Assembly: GCA_963781885.1 (NCBI GenBank)
Contig: CAWAHW010000007.1
Span: 480,001-544,000, forward strand
Length of the DNA: 64,000 nucleotides
Direction: 5' to 3'
Origin: an uncultured Spirochaetota bacterium
GTDB taxonomy: Bacteria > Spirochaetota > Spirochaetia > SZUA-6 > Fen-1364
Below the pieces are notes generated by a model. The model was not told the origin of the DNA. It was given only the letters and a program-made list of their open reading frames with translations, and ran no database searches. Numbering within the stretch: position 1 is the first letter of the stretch; the number at the start of each line of letters is the position of its first letter. A program made the position numbers and the translations under genes. Below, piece after piece: positions 54,326 through 64,000 of the stretch.

Positions 54326-55232
54326 TTATGCCGAATGCTTCTTGATGGCCAGGCCGATGAACAACGCCGAAAGGAAAGAGAAAATGTAGGCTTGGAGCAC
54401 GGCCACGAAAATCTCCAGGGCCGAGATCGCAAGGTCCACGAGGACCGCAACCGGTCCGATGGTGAGCGAGCTGAACTTCAGGATGAGCAGCAGGATCAGG
54501 AGCAGGGCCACGTGCCCGCCGATCATGTTGGCGAACAGACGCATGATGAGGGCGATGGTCTTGGAGAAGATGCCCACCACCTCCAGCAGGAGCGTGATCG
54601 GCACCATCCAGCCCGGCGTCCCGTGCGGCACGAGGTCCTTCCAGTACCCAATGACGCCTTTCGCGCGCATGCCCGCCACGTTGAAGACGAAGAACGTGAT
54701 GAGCCCCAGGGCCACGGTTGTCGCGAGATTCCCCGTGACCGCCCCGCCCAGCCAGACTGCCTCGCCGCCGCCCTTCGGCACGATGGGGGCGAAGGGCGGG
54801 ACCATGCCGAGCAGGTTCGCATAGAGGATGAATAGGAAGAAGGCGAAGCAGAGGGGATAGAAGCCCTTGCCCTCCGCGCCCAGCGTCGGCTCGTAGACGG
54901 TGTCGCGCATGTATTCGAGCAGCGTCTCGAAGAGGCTCTGCATGCGTGTCGGTTTCTTGTACGGATCACGCAGCTTGCGCGCGAGGTACAGCATGCTTGC
55001 AAGGACAAGGAGCACGACGAGCGTCATGAGGATGAAGTGCTTGGTGATGTTGAGCGCCAGGTGGAAGCTGCCAACGGACAGAAGGGGAATCGACGCGTAC
55101 GGCCGGTCGAACATTGTCCGTGATTTCGGCAAAGAGAGCCGTGGACAGGTTGAATACCGGTTTCTCCGCCGCCTGTTCGGCCGCGGAGAGCCTGCCCAAA
55201 CAGAAAACGGCGAAAAACAGACACACGAACAT
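54326..55232 (-). CDS. atpB: F0 subunit a with signal-like N-terminal extension, frameshift near 55115
   Basis: NLLGMVP, MRLFANMIGGH, LEIFVAVLQAYIF. The upstream frame MFVCLFFAVFCLGRLSAAEQ...AEITDN joins by a one-base indel. Confidence 0.92.
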
Positions 55233-55408
55233 ACTGCGCCGTGTTCGGAAAAGCACTGGGCCTCGGATACGTATCCCCCTTGATGTGGCTGTGAGCGTGA
55301 AAAAGTATACCATAAGTATCGGCTGAATCGTCAACAATATTCGTGCAGGGCTTTCTTTCCCCCTTTCCCCCGGAATTCAGTACCTTTTCCTCCGTGAAGG
55401 AGGTGGCA

Positions 55409-56923
55409 GTGAGTCTTCCCAAAACCCTTGGAGAGCTGAAGAAAGCGGGCTACAGGAGTCGATCGGTGAAGGACGAGATGCGCGATAATGTCATCCGCAT
55501 GCTTCGTTCCCGCGAGGAGCTCTTTCCCGGCATCATCGGCTACGAAAGCACCGTTGTGCCGGGCCTCGTGAACGCGCTCCTTTCCCGGCACGATTTCATC
55601 CTCCTGGGGCTTCGCGGCCAGGCAAAAACACGCATCCTTCGGGGGCTCATTCGATTCCTGGACGAGCAGCTGCCGATCATTGCCGGCACCGAGACCAACG
55701 ACGACCCTTTTGCGCCCGTGAGCAGGAAGGGAAGGGAGGCGGTCGCCACCCTGGGAGACGCGACACCCATTGAATGGCTCTCCCGGGATGCGCGCTACAG
55801 GGAGAAGCTTGCCACGCCGGACGTGACGATCGCCGACCTTATCGGCGACATCGACCCAATCAAGGCCGCGACCCGAAAGCTTGCCTATGCGGATGAGGAG
55901 GTCATCCACTTTGGCATCATCCCGCGCACCAACAGGGGCATTTTTGCCATCAACGAGCTGCCGGACCTTCCCCCCCGCATCCAGGTCGGCCTGCTCAATA
56001 TAATGGAAGAAAAGGACATACAGATACGCGGATTCCCCATCCGTATGCAGCTCGACATCCTGATGGTCTATTCCGCGAACCCTGAGGACTATACCAACCG
56101 CGGCAACATCATCACGCCTCTGAAAGACAGGATCGACTCCCAGATCATCACGCACTACCCGAACAGCCGCGAAGCAGCCATGAAGATCACCGCCCAGGAA
56201 GCCTGGACGGAGCGCGCGAGCGGAATCGAGCTTGTGATGCCGGGGTGGTACCGGGAGCTCGTGGAGGAGGTGGCCTTCGCTGCCCGGCTCAGCGAATACG
56301 TGAACCAGGCATCGGGCGTCTCCGCCCGCATGAGCATCTCGCTCCTGGAGAACGTGTACAGCAACATGGAGCGGCGCGCCATCATCCACGGCGCCAAGCG
56401 GGAGTACCCCCGCATGGCGGACCTTCACACGGCCGTCACGGCCATCACGGGCAAGGTCGAGCTCGTCTATGAAGGCGAGCAGCAGGGTGCGGCCATCGTC
56501 GCCCGCAAGATCATCGGGGAGGCCGTGAAGGAGACATTCAAGCGCAGGTTCCCGGATCCCGCGCCCAAGAAGAAAAAGAAGAAGGGGCAGGAAGAGGACG
56601 ATGACATCCCGACCCGGCAGGAGCCCTCGCCGTTCCAGAGCATCCTCGCCTGGTTCTCCAAGGGCAACACCGTGGAGACCTCCGACGACATGCCGCACGC
56701 CGACTACGTGCAGCGGCTGGAAAAGGTGGCAGGCCTGAAGGAGATCACCGCCAAGCACCTGGAGCTGACGGATGGCGACGGCCTGGCGCAGGGGATGGAG
56801 TTCGTCCTCGAGGCGCTTCACCAGTATTCGATGGTGTCCAAGCGCGAAGAGGGCATGAAGACTGCGTATCGCGACATGCTGAAGGCCATGTTCGATCACA
56901 TGGCAGGCAGCGGAGAGAACTAG
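55409..56923 (+). CDS. Mg-chelatase-like/MoxR-related AAA+ ATPase
   Basis: GIIGYE, GLRGQAKT, LIGDIDPIKA, RGIFAINELPDL, SANPEDYTNRG.IITPLKDR; GTG after AAGGAGGT. Confidence 0.9.
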   Translation: MSLPKTLGELKKAGYRSRSVKDEMRDNVIRMLRSREELFPGIIGYESTVVPGLVNALLSRHDFILLGLRGQAKTRILRGLIRFLDEQLPIIAGTETNDDPFAPVSRKGREAVATLGDATPIEWLSRDARYREKLATPDVTIADLIGDIDPIKAATRKLAYADEEVIHFGIIPRTNRGIFAINELPDLPPRIQVGLLNIMEEKDIQIRGFPIRMQLDILMVYSANPEDYTNRGNIITPLKDRIDSQIITHYPNSREAAMKITAQEAWTERASGIELVMPGWYRELVEEVAFAARLSEYVNQASGVSARMSISLLENVYSNMERRAIIHGAKREYPRMADLHTAVTAITGKVELVYEGEQQGAAIVARKIIGEAVKETFKRRFPDPAPKKKKKKGQEEDDDIPTRQEPSPFQSILAWFSKGNTVETSDDMPHADYVQRLEKVAGLKEITAKHLELTDGDGLAQGMEFVLEALHQYSMVSKREEGMKTAYRDMLKAMFDHMAGSGEN

Positions 56924-56927
56924 ACCA

Positions 56928-56975
56928 GCCACGGTATTCCGTGTCATTAGTCGGCCACGGTACTCCGTGGCATTT
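56928..56975. repeat. REP-like palindromes, copies 4-5 (tandem)
   Basis: GCCACGG-TATT-CCGTGTCATT and GCCACGG-TACT-CCGTGGCATTT between the AAA+ and VWA genes. Confidence 0.7.
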
Positions 56976-56997
56976 GTTTCAGAAAGGGACGGCGCGC

Positions 56998-58089
56998 ATG
57001 CGTTGGGAATACTCGGAGTGGGACCAGACGCTCCAGAATCTCCTCAAGAGCTTCCAGGACCTGATGAGCCTGTTCAACTACCTCCTGCTCATGGCAGGCG
57101 GGGACGTGGACAAGGTGTTCAAGTGGATGGAGTACCTGCAGGAGCGCGGATCGCTCGATGCGGACGTGGACCTCGAGGAGTTCCGCCGGCAGCTCGAAGA
57201 GCAGCGCATCATCGAAAAGCTCAAGGAGGGAGGCTACAGCCTCACGGCCAAGGGCGAGCAGGTGATCCGCAAGGACTCGCTGAACCAGATCTTCAACGGC
57301 CTGCAGAAGTCCGGCTTCGGCCAGCATCGGGTGCCCAGCACGGGAAACGGGGAGGAGCGGCTCACGGAGACGCGTCCGTGGCGCTTCGGCGACCCGGTGA
57401 CCCAGATCGACGCCCTGGGCAGCATCTCCAACGCGGTGAAGCGCGCGGGCGTGGATGAGATCACGCTCGCGGAAGAGGACTTCGAGGTCTTCGAGACGGA
57501 GCATCTCTCCTCCTGCGCAACGATGCTCCTCATCGACATCAGCCATAGCATGATCCTCTACGGCGAGGACAGGATCACACCGGCCAAGCAGGTTGCCCTG
57601 GCGCTCACGGAGCTCATCCTCACGCGCTATCCGAAGGACACGCTGCGCGTGGGGGTCTTCGGCGACGAGGCGCGCGAGATCGCCATCAAGGACATCCCGT
57701 ACCTGCAGGTGGGGCCGTATCACACCAACACGCGGGCGGGTCTGGAGATGGCGCAGACCATCCTCGAGGGAACGCGGCAGTCCAACCGGCAGATCTTCAT
57801 GGTCACCGACGGCAAGCCGACGGCCATCACGGAAAATGGCGAGGTCTACAAAAACCCCTACGGCTTCGATCCGAAGATCCTCGCGCAGACCCTGGAGGCG
57901 GCCTCCGCGTGCCGGCGCGCGGGCATCTCCATTACGACATTCATGCTCGCGCAGGATACCGAGCTCGTGGATTTCGTGGACGAGCTCACGCGCCTGAACA
58001 AGGGGCGCGCGTACTACGCGCAGGCCGACAAGCTGGGCGAGTTCCTGTTCGCCGATTACATCAGGAACAAGAGGCGCATGCTGCACTGA
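56998..58089 (+). CDS. VWA-domain protein (partner of the AAA+ ATPase)
   Basis: MIDAS motif DISHS, YHTNT, VTDGKPT. Confidence 0.9.
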   Translation: MRWEYSEWDQTLQNLLKSFQDLMSLFNYLLLMAGGDVDKVFKWMEYLQERGSLDADVDLEEFRRQLEEQRIIEKLKEGGYSLTAKGEQVIRKDSLNQIFNGLQKSGFGQHRVPSTGNGEERLTETRPWRFGDPVTQIDALGSISNAVKRAGVDEITLAEEDFEVFETEHLSSCATMLLIDISHSMILYGEDRITPAKQVALALTELILTRYPKDTLRVGVFGDEAREIAIKDIPYLQVGPYHTNTRAGLEMAQTILEGTRQSNRQIFMVTDGKPTAITENGEVYKNPYGFDPKILAQTLEAASACRRAGISITTFMLAQDTELVDFVDELTRLNKGRAYYAQADKLGEFLFADYIRNKRRMLH

Positions 58090-58188
58090 TTTCGCACGGC
58101 CCCGCGCGTCGCGCCCGTTGCCGAGCCCGTCGGGGCACCCCCTTTTCAAAATGGGCAATTTGCGGATACTCGCGACAGGAGGAAAGCG

Positions 58189-59133
58189 ATGCCCGTTCGT
58201 ATACCCAACGACCTGCCGGCTCGCAAGATACTGGCGGAAGAGAATATCTTCGTCATGACCGACGAACGGGCCGTGCACCAGGACATCCGCCCGTTGCGCA
58301 TCGCCGTGCTCAACCTCATGCCGACAAAGATCGTGACGGAGACGCAGATCCTGCGCTTGCTCGGAAACAGCCCCCTGCAGATCGACATCACCTTCATCCG
58401 CATGGGCACGCACGAATCGAAAAACACGCCCACCGAGCACTTGGACGCCTTCTATGAATCGCTGGATGCCGTCCTCCACGAGCGCTTCGACGGTCTTGTC
58501 ATCACCGGCGCGCCCGTGGAGAACCTGGAGTTCTCCCAGGTCGATTACTGGCACGAGCTCGTGGAACTCATGGACTGGAGCCGGACGAACGTCTGGTCGA
58601 CGCTCCACATCTGCTGGGGAGCGCAGGCGGCGCTTTTCCACCATTTCCGCATCCCCAAGTACCCAGTACCCGCGAAGGTATTCGGCCTGTTTTCCCACAA
58701 GGTGCTCGATCCGCACGAGCCGATCATGCGCGGTTTCGACGAGGTCTTTCTTGCTCCGCACAGCCGTCATACCGAGGTGCGCCGGGCCGACGTGGAGGCG
58801 GTGGAGGGCCTGAAGCTCCTGGCCGTGTCCGAGGAGGCGGGCGTTTACATGGCGCTGTCAGAGGACAGCCGCATGGTGTTCGTCACGGGCCACCCCGAAT
58901 ACGACAGGCTCACCCTGAAGACGGAATACGACCGCGACGTGGCAAAAGGCCTCCCCATCGCCGTCCCCCGGAATTACTTCCCCAATGACGATCCGCGGCG
59001 CGAGCCGCAGGTGACATGGCGCTCCCATGCCCACCTGCTCTACTCGAACTGGCTGAACTATTGCGTCTACCAGGGCACGCCGTTCGACCTTGCCAAGCTG
59101 CCGGAAACCGACACGCCGCCGGAAAAGGAATAG
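58189..59133 (+). CDS. metA: Homoserine O-acyltransferase MetA family (probably an acetyltransferase)
   Basis: QDIRPL, LNLMP, ITGAPVE, ICWGAQA, PHSRH, TGHPEY, WRSHA. Confidence 0.96.
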   Translation: MPVRIPNDLPARKILAEENIFVMTDERAVHQDIRPLRIAVLNLMPTKIVTETQILRLLGNSPLQIDITFIRMGTHESKNTPTEHLDAFYESLDAVLHERFDGLVITGAPVENLEFSQVDYWHELVELMDWSRTNVWSTLHICWGAQAALFHHFRIPKYPVPAKVFGLFSHKVLDPHEPIMRGFDEVFLAPHSRHTEVRRADVEAVEGLKLLAVSEEAGVYMALSEDSRMVFVTGHPEYDRLTLKTEYDRDVAKGLPIAVPRNYFPNDDPRREPQVTWRSHAHLLYSNWLNYCVYQGTPFDLAKLPETDTPPEKE

Positions 59134-59183
59134 GCGGCAGCAGGCACCGCGGCCCTGTCAGCGGCCGGGGATCACGATGGCCC

Positions 59184-59957
59184 TCACTCCACGTCGAGCA
59201 CCCGCTCGTCGTTGCGGGCGATGATGCGCCTGCCCGGCGGAACGACGATGAAGTCGTCATCCCAGGGCCCGTTGAAGAGCCGGCGGAGGAGCGTGAGGTT
59301 CCCCGGCCGCACCTCGAAATCCCAGCCCTGCCGGGCGGCCTCGGCGCGGCCCGCATCGATGAGCTCCGTCTCGTCCGTGATCCCCATCGTGAGATACAGG
59401 AACTTGCTGTAGTTCTTTCGCCAGTCCCCGACGGTGGCGGCGAGGAAGTCGGCGTTTTCCTTTCCGTACTTCTCCACCATCTGCTCGTAGCTCTCGGTGA
59501 GCCCGAGCTTTCCCATCACGCCCTGCGTGCCATAGGCGGGCCGGGCATAGTCGCCGTCCCCCTCGTTGTTGCGCTCGGACCATCCCGTCGTGAGGTAATA
59601 GGTGCCGGGATGCGCGTCGAAATACTCCCGGTAGGCGGCGCGCGACCCGAAGAAGAAGGTGATGCAGTCGTGACCGCGGGCCACGACGAGCGGGATGTCG
59701 CGCGCGGTGACGCCCACCAGTCCGTCGTTGCATCGCGCGTAGCCCAGGAGGATCGCCTCGTAGCCCACGGAAGGATCCACGGCGTCCACGGCAGCCTGGA
59801 CGCGCGCGACCATGTCGGAGGTCGAAAGGTCGTGCAGCCCTTTGCGGAGAAACTCGAGGTCCACCAGCGCTGGTGCGGTCGCCGCGAGCCAGCAAGCTTC
59901 GCGATGTACGATCTCGCAACCGATGAACTTCAACCTGCGCTTTCCGACGCTCCTCAT
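59184..59957 (-). CDS. DUF1638-domain protein
   Basis: IGCEI, GLH, ILLGYARC..GL.G, HDCITFFFGS, GTYYLTTGW. Confidence 0.85.
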   Translation of the reverse strand: MRSVGKRRLKFIGCEIVHREACWLAATAPALVDLEFLRKGLHDLSTSDMVARVQAAVDAVDPSVGYEAILLGYARCNDGLVGVTARDIPLVVARGHDCITFFFGSRAAYREYFDAHPGTYYLTTGWSERNNEGDGDYARPAYGTQGVMGKLGLTESYEQMVEKYGKENADFLAATVGDWRKNYSKFLYLTMGITDETELIDAGRAEAARQGWDFEVRPGNLTLLRRLFNGPWDDDFIVVPPGRRIIARNDERVLDVE

Positions 59958-60028
59958 GCTTCCCCCGCGGCCCACGGTACACCGAAGCCGCTCCGATGGG
60001 GAAGCGCGGGCTGTGTCTGTCTTTGCCT

Positions 60029-60057
60029 TTGACTATCGGCGATTCGGAAAGTATCTT
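60029..60057 (+). promoter_or_regulatory. Sigma70-type promoter of the MFS gene
   Basis: TTGACT, 17 nt spacer, TATCTT; RBS AAGGAG before 60105. Confidence 0.6.
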
Positions 60058-60104
60058 AATTTCACTATATATGCGTTAGCTAGATCAAAGGAGCGACCCT
60101 TTTC

Positions 60105-62213
60105 ATGTACACAGTGACACCGAGAGAACGCACATTCACGTTGGCCGGCATCATGCTTGCCTTGCTTCTGGGCGCCTTGGACCAGACAATCGTCGCCACG
60201 GCCATGCCGAAAATCCTGCAGGACTTGAACGGTCTGAACCTTTATTCCTGGGTCGTGACGGCCTACCTGCTGGCATCCACTGCGATGATTCCCATCTATG
60301 GAAAGCTTTCCGACCTTTATGGCCGCAAGGTGATCGTCTTCATCGGCGTGATCCTCTTCCTTCTGGGCTCCGTGTTGTCGGGCCAGTCACGGACGATGAT
60401 CGAGCTGATTGTCTTCCGCGCGATCCAGGGGTTGGGGAGCGCCGGCATCTTCTCCATGGCTTTCACGGTCATTGCCGACCTGTTCTCCCCCGCCGAGCGA
60501 GGGAGATACCAGGGGCTTTTTGGCGCGGTGTTCGGCATCGCGAGCGTCATCGGGCCGTGGCTGGGAGGACTCCTCACAGACAACCTGTCATGGCGGTGGG
60601 TCTTCTACGTCAACGTGCCGGTGGGCGTCGTCGCGCTTGCCTTCATTGTGCTCCAGATGCCGGCGCTGAAGCCGAAGCTCGACCGCAAGGTGAGCATCGA
60701 CTGGGCGGGCGCCGCAACCCTTCTCCTGGGCATTGTGCCGATCCTGCTGGCCCTCAGTCTTGGCGGCCAGGAGTATGCGTGGGGCTCATGGCAGGTGATC
60801 GGCATGTTCGCGCTGGGCGTGGCGGGCATCGCGATCTTCTACCTTGTGGAACGCCGGGCAAAGGAGCCGCTGCTGCCCTTCGACCTCTTCCAGAACAGGA
60901 CCTACGTGATCGGCAACCTCGCCGCGCTCCTGATCGCGGGCGTCGGCTTCTTCGGCGCAATCGTCTTCCTGCCCATCTACATGGTCATGGTCGTCGGCGT
61001 CTCGGCAAGCGCGGCGGGCCTCACGATCATGCCCCTCACGCTCGGCCTCGTTGTCACGAGCTTCATCTCCGGGCAGGTCGTGAGCCGCACGGGGAAGTAC
61101 AAGGTCCTTCTCCTCATCGGGACGGCGGTCGTGTTCGTCGGCTACCTGCTGATGCTCGGGCTGCGCGTGGATACCACGCGCGCGCAGGTGACGTGGCGGA
61201 TGATCGTCCTGGGGGCCGGCATCGGCCCGGCCCTCCCCATCTTCACCCTGGCCGTGCAGAATGCCGTCAACCCGCGCGAGATCGGCGTTGCGACGAGCAG
61301 CAGCCAGTTCTTCCGCCAGATCGGGTCCACGGTCGGCGTCGCCGTGTTCGGCACGATCCTCGCGACCGTTCTTTCCGCCCAGCTGCCCAAGTACCTGCCG
61401 GCGCAGATGCAGCAGTCAGGAGCGGGATCCATGAGCCTCAGCATGGGGCAGCTCGAGTCCGGCAACATCACGTCCGTCGGCGACCAGATCAAGACGCAGC
61501 TCACCGGGACGTATGCGAAGATCGAGGCGGTCATGACGAAGAACGACCAGGCCGCTCTTGCAAGCCTCCTCGCGGACCCGCAGGTCCCGGCGGAGACGAA
61601 GACGATGCTCCAGGCGGGCGGCGTCGCCGCGCAGGTGAAGGCCGGCATGGACGCGCAGTACCAGGCCGTCGCCGGAGCCCTGTCGACGGGAAAGCCGGCG
61701 GCACTCGCCGCGCTTCTCGCCGATCCGAAGCTGCCCGCCGGTTTGAAGGACCAGCTCTCCACCGTGCCGCCCGCCGCCCTTGCCAATCCGCAGGCGGTCA
61801 AAGGGATCCTGGCCGGCATCAGGCAGGGCATGGACGCCCAGGCGCCGGCGGTCGTCGCGCAGGCCACGCAGGCAGCGCTGGACGGGATCAGGAAATCCTT
61901 CGACTCGCTCGCCGTGACCCTCACGAACGGCGTGAACCTCGCGCTGAAGCGTGCCTTCACCGACGCCATCCTCCGCGTCTACTTCATGGGCATGTTCGTG
62001 ATCGTGGCGGGATTCATCGTCACGCTCTTCCTGCCGGAGCTCGCGCTGAAGAAGACGTCCGGCAATGCGCAGGCCCTCGCGATGGCCGAGGGCGGCGGCG
62101 GCAGCGAGCCCGCGCGCTCGCCGGAGACCGATCCGGGCGCCGTCGCCGAGTCCTCCAAGGAGGAGGAAGAGACCGCGCCCGTCGGCGGTCCTGCGCCCGA
62201 ACCAGAGACCTGA
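60105..62213 (+). CDS. DHA2 (EmrB/QacA) 14-TM MFS efflux pump with a large late-loop insertion
   Basis: LDQTIVATAMP, WVVTAYLL, GKLSDLYGRK, WRWVFYVNVP, FFRQIG; about 200-aa Ala/Gln-rich insertion before the last TM. Confidence 0.93.
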   Translation: MYTVTPRERTFTLAGIMLALLLGALDQTIVATAMPKILQDLNGLNLYSWVVTAYLLASTAMIPIYGKLSDLYGRKVIVFIGVILFLLGSVLSGQSRTMIELIVFRAIQGLGSAGIFSMAFTVIADLFSPAERGRYQGLFGAVFGIASVIGPWLGGLLTDNLSWRWVFYVNVPVGVVALAFIVLQMPALKPKLDRKVSIDWAGAATLLLGIVPILLALSLGGQEYAWGSWQVIGMFALGVAGIAIFYLVERRAKEPLLPFDLFQNRTYVIGNLAALLIAGVGFFGAIVFLPIYMVMVVGVSASAAGLTIMPLTLGLVVTSFISGQVVSRTGKYKVLLLIGTAVVFVGYLLMLGLRVDTTRAQVTWRMIVLGAGIGPALPIFTLAVQNAVNPREIGVATSSSQFFRQIGSTVGVAVFGTILATVLSAQLPKYLPAQMQQSGAGSMSLSMGQLESGNITSVGDQIKTQLTGTYAKIEAVMTKNDQAALASLLADPQVPAETKTMLQAGGVAAQVKAGMDAQYQAVAGALSTGKPAALAALLADPKLPAGLKDQLSTVPPAALANPQAVKGILAGIRQGMDAQAPAVVAQATQAALDGIRKSFDSLAVTLTNGVNLALKRAFTDAILRVYFMGMFVIVAGFIVTLFLPELALKKTSGNAQALAMAEGGGGSEPARSPETDPGAVAESSKEEEETAPVGGPAPEPET

Positions 62214-62330
62214 TGCGAACGGGGCCGGTGGCGAACCCCGCGTGCCGCCGGCCCTCTCTTTACCACGAGACAAAATACAGGTAATTTCTTCCGGGGATTC
62301 CCCTACTAATCGAATACGGAGAGCGCGCCC

Positions 62331-64000
62331 ATGTCCAAGCATCAGTTCCAGGCTGAAGTGAACCAGCTCCTCACGCTCATCATCCATTCGCTGTACTCGA
62401 ACACGGAGATCTTTCTCCGCGAGCTCATCTCCAACGCCTCCGACGCGCTGGACAAGCTGAAGTACCTGACACTCACGCAGGAGGATTTCAAGGGCGTGCC
62501 CTTTGCCCCCCGCATCGACATCTCGTTCGACACGAAGGACCGCACGACGCTCACCATCTCCGACACGGGCATCGGGATGAACGACAAGGACCTGGAGGAG
62601 AACCTCGGCACCATCGCACGATCGGGCACGAAGGAGTTCATCCAGGCCATGGCGGCGGACGCGCGCAAGGGAGCGGGTCTGATCGGCCAGTTCGGCGTGG
62701 GCTTCTATTCCTCCTTCATGGTGGCCGACACCGTGGAGGTGCACACGCGGCGCATCGGCGAGGAGAAGGGGTGGAGGTGGACGAGCGACGGCAAGGGTGA
62801 ATATGAGATCGCCGAGGCCCCGCGCGACACCTCCGGCACCACCGTCATCCTCCATCTCAACGAGGCCGGCCGGGAATACGCCGACCGCTGGCGCGTGGAA
62901 GGGATCATCCGTAAGTATTCGAATCACATCGCCTTCCCCATCCACCTCCACTACACGGAAAAGGGCGAGCACGGCGGCACGGTGGAGAAGGACGCGCAGG
63001 TGAACTCGGCGCTCGCCCTGTGGCGGCGGCCGAAGGCGGACCTGAAGGAGGAGGACTACAAGGAGTTTTACAAGACTCTGACCCACGATTCCGACGATCC
63101 CCTCCTCTGGATCCATCTTTCGGTGGAGGGGGCGCTCGCCTACACGACGCTCTTCTACATCCCCTCCCGCGCTCCCTTCGACCTGTACCGCTACGACTAC
63201 GCGCCCGGCGTGAAGCTCTACATCAAGCGCGTGTTCATCACGGAAAGCGAGAAGGAGCTCCTGCCCGTCTACATGCGTTTCGTGCGGGGCATCATTGACT
63301 CGGAGGACCTGCCGCTGAACGTGAGCCGGGAGATCCTCCAGAAGAACCGCATCATGGAGAACATCCGCACCTCCTCGGTGCGCAAAATTCTGCAGGAGCT
63401 CACCCTCCTCACGAAGGAGAAAGAGCGCTACGAGGCGTTCTGGAACGAGTTCGGCCGCGTCCTGAAGGAGGGCGTGCTCCAGGACTTCGAGCACAAGGAG
63501 CAGCTGCTGGAGCTCGTGCGCTACAAGTCCACGGCGGTAACGGGATGGACGAGCCTCTCCGAATACCGCGACCGGATGCAGAAGGACCAGAAGGCGATCT
63601 ACTACATCACCGGCGGCCGCGAATCGGGCCTTCGCAGCTCGCCCCTCCTGGAGACGTACAAGGCCCGGGGCATCGAGGTGCTCGTCATGGACGACGAGAT
63701 CGACGACATCGTCGCCGGCGCCATCGGCAAGTTCATGGATGTGGACCTGAAGGCCGTCAACCGGTCGGCCACCGCGGACGACCTGAAGACGGAGGAGGAC
63801 ACCGACCGCGCCGCCGCAATCGATCCGCTTGTCCAGAAGCTTAAAAAGGCGTTGGGCGGTCTCGTGAAGGACGTGCGCGCGTCCAGCCGTCTTTCCGACT
63901 CGCCGTCGTGCATCGTCGTCGACGAGAACGACCCTACCATGCAGATGCAGCAGATCATGAAGATGATGGGCAACAAGGACCTGCCCGAGGTGAAGCCCAT
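62331..64000 (+). CDS. htpG: Hsp90 chaperone HtpG (truncated by the window end)
   Basis: Translated by hand: MSKHQFQAEVNQLLTLIIHSLYSNTEIFLRELISNASDA, DTGIGM, IGQFGVGFYS, DSEDLPLNVSRE. Confidence 0.97.
   Translation, partial: MSKHQFQAEVNQLLTLIIHSLYSNTEIFLRELISNASDALDKLKYLTLTQEDFKGVPFAPRIDISFDTKDRTTLTISDTGIGMNDKDLEENLGTIARSGTKEFIQAMAADARKGAGLIGQFGVGFYSSFMVADTVEVHTRRIGEEKGWRWTSDGKGEYEIAEAPRDTSGTTVILHLNEAGREYADRWRVEGIIRKYSNHIAFPIHLHYTEKGEHGGTVEKDAQVNSALALWRRPKADLKEEDYKEFYKTLTHDSDDPLLWIHLSVEGALAYTTLFYIPSRAPFDLYRYDYAPGVKLYIKRVFITESEKELLPVYMRFVRGIIDSEDLPLNVSREILQKNRIMENIRTSSVRKILQELTLLTKEKERYEAFWNEFGRVLKEGVLQDFEHKEQLLELVRYKSTAVTGWTSLSEYRDRMQKDQKAIYYITGGRESGLRSSPLLETYKARGIEVLVMDDEIDDIVAGAIGKFMDVDLKAVNRSATADDLKTEEDTDRAAAIDPLVQKLKKALGGLVKDVRASSRLSDSPSCIVVDENDPTMQMQQIMKMMGNKDLPEVKP

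Noticed and set aside
56928-56975. Tandem palindromic repeats as a mini-CRISPR
   Set aside because: Only two copies about 5 nt apart, no spacers and no cas genes; treated as REP-like.
58090-58188. SAM riboswitch or T-box upstream of metA
   Set aside because: Region is short and shows no recognisable S-box or T-box consensus.
62214-62330. CIRCE operator upstream of htpG
   Set aside because: No TTAGCACTC-N9-GAGTGCTAA present.

Overview
GC-rich bacterial chromosomal segment, densely coding and mostly housekeeping. A Spirochaetia origin is a tentative inference from the PilZ and P13-like proteins. From left to right it carries: a CHASE2 sensor (partial) with a DUF4384-like protein; a DUF2089, pentapeptide-repeat and DrrAB-type ABC exporter module with AT-rich promoters; ppc; lacD and dus; a multi-PAS hybrid kinase; potABCD; three peptidases; an Lhr helicase; a response regulator, tri-PDZ and kinase cluster; ackA, hisI, hisG, a P-type ATPase, thyA and folA; a complete F-type ATP synthase operon; an AAA+/VWA pair; metA; an MFS pump; and htpG (partial). 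I found no rRNA, tRNA, CRISPR or IS element. About nine frame breaks occur, mostly single-base, suggesting an unpolished long-read consensus. Best leads: (1) the DUF2089 module, with a shared TTATTTAATA box in two promoter spacers; (2) an unannotated 30-aa Lys/Ala peptide gene with its own promoter and terminator; (3) an F1 alpha subunit with a degenerate P-loop (GDRGNGRE) paired with a short epsilon; (4) a dispersed CCACGG-TANT-CCGTGG palindrome; (5) an 8-nt tandem-repeat frameshift in a surface-protein gene. All family names come from motif recognition, not database searches.
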